The notes under the pieces: generated by a model | Told to the model about the DNA's origin: nothing | Seen by the model: only the letters and a program-made list of their open reading frames with translations | The model's database searches: none | IMG/VR virus record: IMGVR_UViG_2740892209_000015 | Reading direction: 5' to 3' (one strand) | DNA length: 23,002 nucleotides | Source of the DNA: a virus | Taxonomy: Duplodnaviria > Heunggongvirae > Uroviricota > Caudoviricetes | Shown: positions 17,293 through 23,002 of the stretch, in pieces | How the letters are laid out: each line of letters opens with the position of its first letter | Position numbering within the stretch: position 1 is the first letter of the stretch | Made by a program: the position numbers and the translations under genes

Positions 17293-17479
17293 GTGCCACC
17301 TCCATGCGGATACGACCAGCAAAAAAGCAGACGTGATCGCGCACCAGAGAACGGCGAGCATCGCGTTCAGACTCGGCAGCAATATGATGAATTTTGGCGG
17401 TAATTGTCGGGCAATCGCGGCGAACTGCGGCGATAATCCAGATAAATTGCGGTTTTGGGGTAGGGGTAGTAGCCAGCAT
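17285..17479 (-). CDS. Hypothetical small protein (64 aa)
   Basis: Strong AAGGAGG RBS 7 nt upstream of the ATG at 17479. Different frame from the long track ORF that covers it. Confidence 0.5.
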   Translation of the reverse strand: MLATTPTPKPQFIWIIAAVRRDCPTITAKIHHIAAESERDARRSLVRDHVCFFAGRIRMEVAHD

Positions 17480-17641
17480 GTGGCAGCCTCCTTGATTGAT
17501 GGTTTATAGCCACCGCCCAAGAGACCAATCTTGCTGGCGGTGGACTGTACGGAGTTGGCCTTACTGGCAATCAAGGAAACCAGCCTACCCGAAGGTAGCC
17601 CCATACAGCCCACCATTGATAAGGTGTGCGTGTGCGCCGAT

Positions 17642-17664
17642 ACAAAAAAAGACGCTGGCGCGTC
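17642..17664 (-). terminator. Candidate intrinsic terminator (minus strand) inside the long track ORF
   Basis: On the minus strand: hairpin GACGC-GCCA-GCGTC followed by a U7 run. Confidence 0.45.
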
Positions 17665-18102
17665 ATGTATCGCCTCGATTGTCAGCGGGAGGCCAATCCC
17701 GGCACCCGTTTTATGAGGTGCCTTATAACCATAAACCGTGTTGCCGCATAACGGCAAGCTCTTTTTTATGGACTCCGAAAACTCAGTATTGGAAGCACCA
17801 GATGCACAGTACATCGCGCTCATTTCGTTAACGTCACGCACGTGGACGAATGTTTTTGTGGAGTCACTACACGAGCGGAAGACATCATCTACGACCAGAA
17901 ATTTTCTGGCGCAGCCGCTGACCTTCTCAATGCTAATATCATCGCCCGAGATTTCTGGTATGGTTAAGGCATCCGTTCCGACCACCAGCAAATGATAAAC
18001 TTTGCTTGCATCTGCTGTATTAATGCCTGACTTTGCCGTCATATTGCTGGATTTTGGCGACATACCTGCCAGTGAAAATGTCTTCTTCTGGACGGTTAGC
18101 AT
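17642..18102 (-). CDS. Hypothetical protein, N-terminal ~150 codons of the long track ORF; 3' end unresolved
   Basis: ATG at 18102 with GGAGG RBS, 3 nt after the stop of the upstream gene. The first ~150 aa look protein-like, then composition degenerates. No in-frame stop before 17074. Confidence 0.35.
17741..17767 (+). terminator. Candidate intrinsic terminator (plus strand), implying a short antisense transcript
   Basis: Hairpin TTGCCG-CATAA-CGGCAA followed by GCTC and a T6 run on the plus strand. Confidence 0.4.
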
Positions 18103-18278
18103 TTGTTAACCTCCGCGAACTCCTTCATGAAACGTGCCAGCGGTTGTACGCATGGCGATTGATACCCGTCGCGATAAAACGTCACTCGGTTGTGAGACAC
18201 GCTTTCGACAGTAACGAGTGCTCCGTGGGCATCTTTGTAGCGTTTTTGTGGTTGTGGTGTTCCTGTTGGCTTAGACAT
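18096..18278 (-). CDS. Hypothetical small protein (60 aa from the internal ATG)
   Basis: ATG at 18278 preceded by GGAGGTGG, overlapping the stop of the AntA-like gene by 8 nt. Confidence 0.5.
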   Translation of the reverse strand: MSKPTGTPQPQKRYKDAHGALVTVESVSHNRVTFYRDGYQSPCVQPLARFMKEFAEVNKC

Positions 18279-19104
18279 TGACCACCTCCAGACGCTTGGC
18301 GAGCCAGCGTTGCGACAGGCGGGTGAGTTCTCCTTTGCGCTGCTCATATTCCATGCCCATATCAATTAACGTGATATTGGTGCTTTCGAGATATGAGAGG
18401 TGCTCAAGCTGTTCTGCGTTCATATGGTCGCGAGGTTCGCCAGAATAGCCATTTATCCGCGCCCACTGCTTAGCAGTTAGCCCACCAAGAACGATACGAG
18501 AAATCATATTGCTCTCGTTTGTGTAGTGGTGTTGCTGCGTCGTTTTCCCCTGCTCGGCACGGGCCATATTCAGCGCATCGCACATTGGCTTAAAGTTGTT
18601 TGCGGCACTAATACGGGCTTTTAGCTGGCGACGATAGCGGGCGGCGATTTCAGGCACGCTACGCTGTAATTCTTCCTCGCACTGGATGAAATAACGACGG
18701 ATAGCGCGACCCTGATCATTGCGTTCGATCATTGCCAGTTCTTTCGCCATTCCGACACTTAACAGATAGTCTTTGCCGGGTCTGCCAGACTGCTTAATCT
18801 TGCTGTAAGCCGCGCCATTCGGGCTTTTCCCCAAATTTGGGGAAATTGTTTTATGGACTGAGTAATCGTGCCCAATGGTGAAGTCATATTCAGAGATGCG
18901 ATCAGTGATCCATGTAGAGAAGTCTTTTCCCACGCCCAACGCTTTGTGTAACGCTTTTGCGCTAACAATATTGGTTTCACGCCCACCGATATGACCAGGA
19001 ATAACCGGGACAATTGCGGCAAATTCATTACCGTTAATTGTGCCCAGAGAGGCGTTCAGATGAGGGGCAGCCTCAGAAATTAATCTGCTTTTTTCGATGT
19101 TCAT
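18271..19104 (-). CDS. Phage antirepressor-like protein, AntA/KilAC-type domains (277 aa)
   Basis: SAKALHKALGVGKDFSTWITDRI...DY resembles the AntA N-terminal antirepressor domain. GGAG RBS. Confidence 0.6.
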   Translation of the reverse strand: MNIEKSRLISEAAPHLNASLGTINGNEFAAIVPVIPGHIGGRETNIVSAKALHKALGVGKDFSTWITDRISEYDFTIGHDYSVHKTISPNLGKSPNGAAYSKIKQSGRPGKDYLLSVGMAKELAMIERNDQGRAIRRYFIQCEEELQRSVPEIAARYRRQLKARISAANNFKPMCDALNMARAEQGKTTQQHHYTNESNMISRIVLGGLTAKQWARINGYSGEPRDHMNAEQLEHLSYLESTNITLIDMGMEYEQRKGELTRLSQRWLAKRLEVVNV

Positions 19105-19116
19105 TTTCAGTCTCCG

Positions 19117-19548
19117 TTAGGCGGCGTTAAACGCGTCCGGGTAGAGTTTCAGAATGTCGGCAATTTCCTGCTGAGAAAGTCCGTTGTGATCATTTATGTT
19201 CGCAAGATGGTTAATATGAGTGATCACTTTCAGAACATCACCACGGCAGGAGAAACGGTAGCGAAGGTGTGTTCCGATACCATCAGGATTCTTTTCGTCG
19301 ATACGCTCCAGAGTGATTCCAAGCTGGCGTTCTAACTCTGTTGCATAGTTACGACCAGAAGACAGACGGCAGTAGCGAAGAATGTCATTTTCTGTCCATC
19401 CCTCTATACCAGTACGCAGCATATAGACTCTGGCACGATGCTTTTTCGGTGTGCGCTTTGGTGCTTGAAGGGATTTTGTAAGGGGCGTAACATCAGATAC
19501 ACGAATATCTGAATTAGCCGCCTGTAATGGGCGGTTTTTCTTTTCCAT
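19117..19548 (-). CDS. Hypothetical protein (143 aa), possibly DNA-binding
   Basis: GAGGTGG RBS; start overlaps the alpA stop (TGATG). Basic N-terminus. Confidence 0.5.
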   Translation of the reverse strand: MEKKNRPLQAANSDIRVSDVTPLTKSLQAPKRTPKKHRARVYMLRTGIEGWTENDILRYCRLSSGRNYATELERQLGITLERIDEKNPDGIGTHLRYRFSCRGDVLKVITHINHLANINDHNGLSQQEIADILKLYPDAFNAA

Positions 19549-19751
19549 CAGGCCACCTCGTCTCTAGATTCTAATATACACTTCTCAATCCATTCATCTA
19601 TTTCAGACTCAACAAAAGCAATTGCCCGACTTCCAATTTTTACCTGTTTAGGGAACCTCCCCTGACTAATAAGACGATAAATCCATGCTTTGCTATAACC
19701 AGTTCGCCTTTGAACTTCAGAGAGACGAATTAATGAATTGTAATTAGCCAT
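19548..19751 (-). CDS. alpA: AlpA/Vis-family small HTH regulator (67 aa)
   Basis: MANYNSLIRLSEVQRRTGYSKAWIYRLISQGRFPKQVKIGSRAIAFVESEIDEWI is the AlpA-family pattern. Next to int, as in P4-like and CP4-57-like islands. Confidence 0.8.
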   Translation of the reverse strand: MANYNSLIRLSEVQRRTGYSKAWIYRLISQGRFPKQVKIGSRAIAFVESEIDEWIEKCILESRDEVA

Positions 19752-20178
19752 TTATTAATATCCTGTACTAATGACGCAATAACCCCCTCCTGCAACGAAT
19801 GGCGAGAGTTTTATTTGCGTCAAATGTCGAATACGCCAAAGACCACAATATGAAAAACATATTGCGGTCTTTTATAAAAGATAGTCAGATTGTTTTGGTT
19901 TGTTTGCTCCACAAGGGTAGAGCTACCCTGCATTTCGGCAGGATCACGCTATTAGGCGTGACATCCAGTAGTTTTAAAGAACAATTGCGCTTTGTCAGCG
20001 CCAAAGCCTGTTAAAGAACATTCCGCTTTTCAGCAGCGTAGAAGGCTCAATACACCTTCGTTTATAAAAGAGCGATTGCCCTTCTCCAGGGCTAACTGTT
20101 AAATAGCAATCCTCTGTGAGTTTTTATCAATCTACTCCCCTATACTTTAGTAAACCTCTGTATACTTGTCCAGTTGTT

Positions 20179-21393
20179 TCATGCGTGTTTTTCAAACACC
20201 ATATGCACCACATTTCCGCCATGCTCGAGAGAATCCATATAGTCGGCATACCATTGAAGCATCTCCCGCCGTCCATCCAGATATTGCGCATGGTTGTATG
20301 TGCCACGAATTGAGTTCTTATCAACGTGAGCGAGCTGCGTTTCTATCCACGCGGTGTTATAGCCCTGCTCATGCAAAATCGTGCTCATAGTGTGTCGGAA
20401 CCCATGACCAGTTACACGTCCAGCGTAGCCAATGCGCTTAAACACTTGGTTTATGCTGGCCTCACTCATTGTTTTCCTTGGATCATTGCGCCCGGGAAAC
20501 ATAAGAGGGTAATTGCCTGTTATTTCTCTAATCTTCCCAATAAGCGAAAGAGCCTGCTCAGACAATGGCACAATATGAGGCCGCCGCATTTTCATACGTG
20601 AAGCGGGTATCTCCCATATAGCCTTGTTGAAATCAATTTCATCCCATGATGCGCCACGTAGTTCGCCAGTTCGCAAGCCGGTGATAATCAGTAGACGAGC
20701 CGCCATAACAACCAATGCGCTTCCTGAGTAACTGGACAATGCCTTGAAAAAATCAGGTAATTCTTTGGTCGTAAGGAAAGGGTAATGATTAGATTCATGG
20801 CCTTGCATCGCGCTAGTAAGGTCTGGTGCAGGGTTATACTCTGCGCGACCAGTGACTATTGCATAGCGGAAAACTTCCCCGCACCGCTGCCTCACTTTTT
20901 TGGCTTTTTCTGTCGCACCGCGCCCCTCGATGCGCCGCAGCACATTCAGAAGTTCAAGTGGTTTGATTTCGGCGATTGGTTTTTTGCCAATGTAAGGGAA
21001 CACATCTTTGTTGAAGGCTTCGAGGATGTCTGAAGCATAACCAGCAGACCATTTTTTTAATTTGCTGCTGTGCCACTCAAGGGCAATATCTTTGAAGGTG
21101 TTGTTTAACTGCGTTTCCCGGGCAATCTTTTCCTCTCGTTTCGCTTCCATCGGATCGATACCACCAGCGATACCTCTTTTCGCATCTTCACGTTTTGCCC
21201 GAGCATCGGCTAGAGTAACCTCAGGATACACACCTAGTGCCAATAGCTTCTCTTTACCAGCTACACGATATTTAAGTCGCCAGTATTTACCTCCATTAGG
21301 TTTTACCAAGAGATACAAACCGCCACCATCGGCCAGCTTGTAAGCCTTCTCTTTTGGCTTGGCTGTGTCTATTTGACGGGCATTGAGTTTCAC
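20179..21393 (-). CDS. int: P4-family tyrosine integrase (404 aa)
   Basis: N-terminal MKLNARQIDTAKPKEKAYKLADGGGLYLLV and C-terminal GHGFRHT...YNHAQYLD(G)RREMLQWYAD match the P4/IntS integrase family. Immediately adjacent to the tRNA. Confidence 0.9.
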   Translation of the reverse strand: MKLNARQIDTAKPKEKAYKLADGGGLYLLVKPNGGKYWRLKYRVAGKEKLLALGVYPEVTLADARAKREDAKRGIAGGIDPMEAKREEKIARETQLNNTFKDIALEWHSSKLKKWSAGYASDILEAFNKDVFPYIGKKPIAEIKPLELLNVLRRIEGRGATEKAKKVRQRCGEVFRYAIVTGRAEYNPAPDLTSAMQGHESNHYPFLTTKELPDFFKALSSYSGSALVVMAARLLIITGLRTGELRGASWDEIDFNKAIWEIPASRMKMRRPHIVPLSEQALSLIGKIREITGNYPLMFPGRNDPRKTMSEASINQVFKRIGYAGRVTGHGFRHTMSTILHEQGYNTAWIETQLAHVDKNSIRGTYNHAQYLDGRREMLQWYADYMDSLEHGGNVVHMVFEKHA

Positions 21394-21424
21394 TTGGGGG
21401 TACCTCCACTAAACCGAACAGCAA

Positions 21425-21450
21425 ATACCCCCATAAGTACCCCCATCTGA
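21425..21450. repeat. TACCCCCA-type direct repeat, candidate integrase arm-type site (copy 2)
   Basis: AATACCCCCATAAGTACCCCCAT, matching 3657-3681. GACTTTAGTAGAC also occurs twice nearby (21470-21482 and 21526-21538). Confidence 0.5.
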
Positions 21451-21558
21451 CCGTAGATTTTGAGGGACTTTAGTAGACGTCAAAAGACGAACGGGGCTTT
21501 AATACGCGGATTATAAGGGGTTTTGAAAGACTTTAGTAGACTTGGGGAGATGTTTGAA

Positions 21559-21634
21559 TGGTGCCGATAATAGGAGTCGAACCTACGACCTTCGCATTAC
21601 GAATGCGCTGCTCTACCAACTGAGCTATATCGGC
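21559..21634 (-). tRNA. thrW: tRNA-Thr (anticodon CGU)
   Basis: Reverse complement reads GCCGATATAGCTCAGTTGGTAGAGCAGCGCATTCGTAATGCGAAGGTCGTAGGTTCGACTCCTATTATCGGCACCA, 76 nt, with CGT in the anticodon loop and 3' CCA. Confidence 0.93.
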
Positions 21635-21748
21635 CCTGAAAGGACATGTTCACGAACGTGAATCACGGTGGACAAGGTTAAAACTAACCGGGCGATGCGT
21701 CAATGGCCTTGTGAATCAAATGGCTACTTTTGCATCACCCGGTTTTAT

Positions 21749-23002
21749 TTACGCACGAATGGTGTAATCACCAATGCCGATCCACTTATAAGTGGTCAGT
21801 GCTTCCAGCCCCATTGGGCCGCGCGCGTGGAGTTTTTGTGTGCTTACCGCAACTTCCGCCCCCAGTCCAAACTGGCCGCCGTCGGTAAAACGCGTAGAGG
21901 CGTTAACGTAAACAGCGGAGGAATCCACTTCGTTAACAAAACGCTGGGCGTTGCGCATATCGCGGGTCAGGATCGCATCGGAGTGTTGCGTGCCGTGTTC
22001 ACGAATATGGGCAATGGCGTCATCCAGATCGCTAACGATTTTGACGTTCAAATCTAATGACAGAAACTCATCGTCATACTCTTCGGCTTTAACAGCCACC
22101 ACCTTCGCGGGGCCTGCCTGCAACTGCGCCAGCGCGGCTGCATCAGCGTGTAACGTCACGCCGCTTTCCGCCATTTGTTTGCTTAATGCGGGCAGGAAGC
22201 TATCTGCGATGTTTTTATTTACCAGCAACGTTTCTACCGTATTACATGTGCTCGGTCGCTGAGTTTTCGCGTTGACGATCACTTTTAATGCTTCAGCGAT
22301 CTCTGCGCTTTCATCAACGTAAATATGGCATACGCCTATACCGCCTGTGATCACCGGGATTGTCGACTGCTCGCGGCACAGTTTATGCAAACCAGCCCCA
22401 CCGCGCGGGATCAGCATGTCGATGTATTTATCCATACGCAGCATTTCACTGACCAGCGCACGGTCAGGATTATCAATTGCCTGCACGGCACCCGCCGGTA
22501 AGCCGCAGGATTTCAGGGCGTCCTGAATCACCGCTACCGTTGCAGCGTTAGTGCGACAGGTTTCTTTGCCGCCGCGCAGGATCACCGCGTTACCGGTTTT
22601 CAGGCACAGGGAAGCAACATCAACCGTCACGTTCGGGCGCGCTTCATAAATCACGCCAATCACCCCCAGCGGTACGCGACGACGCTCAAGACGCAGGCCG
22701 CTGTCCAGTACGCCGCCATCGATTACCTGCCCTACCGGATCGGCGAGATTGCACACCTGGCGCACATCGTCGGCAATGTCTTTCAGCCGTGCGGGCGTCA
22801 GTGCCAGACGGTCAAGCATCGCTTCGCTAAGGCCATTGGCACGCGCGTCTGCAACATCCTGCGCGTTAGCGTTGAGGATACTTTCGCTTTGTGCTTCCAG
22901 TTCATCGGCGATTTTTTCCAGCACACGATTTTTTTCGCGGCTGGAGAGTTGCGCTAATTTATACGAGGCTTGCTTCGCGGCAATGCCCATTTGTTCCAGC
23001 AT
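21749..23002 (-). CDS. proA: Gamma-glutamyl phosphate reductase (417 aa); start codon at the window edge
   Basis: Full-length match by recall to E. coli ProA ([40 protein letters not shown]...). Confidence 0.95.
   Translation of the reverse strand: MLEQMGIAAKQASYKLAQLSSREKNRVLEKIADELEAQSESILNANAQDVADARANGLSEAMLDRLALTPARLKDIADDVRQVCNLADPVGQVIDGGVLDSGLRLERRRVPLGVIGVIYEARPNVTVDVASLCLKTGNAVILRGGKETCRTNAATVAVIQDALKSCGLPAGAVQAIDNPDRALVSEMLRMDKYIDMLIPRGGAGLHKLCREQSTIPVITGGIGVCHIYVDESAEIAEALKVIVNAKTQRPSTCNTVETLLVNKNIADSFLPALSKQMAESGVTLHADAAALAQLQAGPAKVVAVKAEEYDDEFLSLDLNVKIVSDLDDAIAHIREHGTQHSDAILTRDMRNAQRFVNEVDSSAVYVNASTRFTDGGQFGLGAEVAVSTQKLHARGPMGLEALTTYKWIGIGDYTIRA

Noticed and set aside
17074-18102. 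A single 342-aa protein
   Set aside because: Reads through a terminator-like hairpin and low-complexity sequence and contains independently initiated ORFs. Treated as a 5' gene of uncertain end plus downstream small genes.
19799-20313. Track ORFs in the int-alpA intergenic region
   Set aside because: AT-rich regulatory region; no RBS and no coupling to neighbouring genes.

Overview
Enterobacterial (E. coli-like) chromosome at the proA-thrW locus, carrying two mobile elements integrated in tandem at tRNA-Thr. (1) ~21.56-3.58 kb: an ~18 kb P4-like / PICI-like satellite island. It has a P4-family tyrosine integrase next to the intact thrW, an AlpA/Vis-like regulator, an AntA-like antirepressor, a chain of translationally coupled small ORFs, and a 918-aa zinc-ribbon/TOPRIM primase. 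(2) 1-3.58 kb: the int-proximal end of a P22-like prophage (YfbR-like HD hydrolase, DUF551-like, xis, int) ending at a degenerate copy of the thrW 3' end. The main candidate for an undescribed system is a 6.3 kb cargo module (6741-13026) bracketed by two origin-like iteron clusters whose outer 45 bp are a perfect inverted repeat. It holds two convergent operons: 57-aa + ~488-aa + 701-aa proteins with no recognisable domains, preceded by a LexA-box-like palindrome, facing an RHH regulator, a small membrane protein and a signal-peptide protein. Secondary candidates are a Panacea-domain toxin-antitoxin-like pair and a PRiA4_ORF3-like gene in the att-proximal accessory region. All calls rest on reading the sequence and recalled family signatures; no database search was run.
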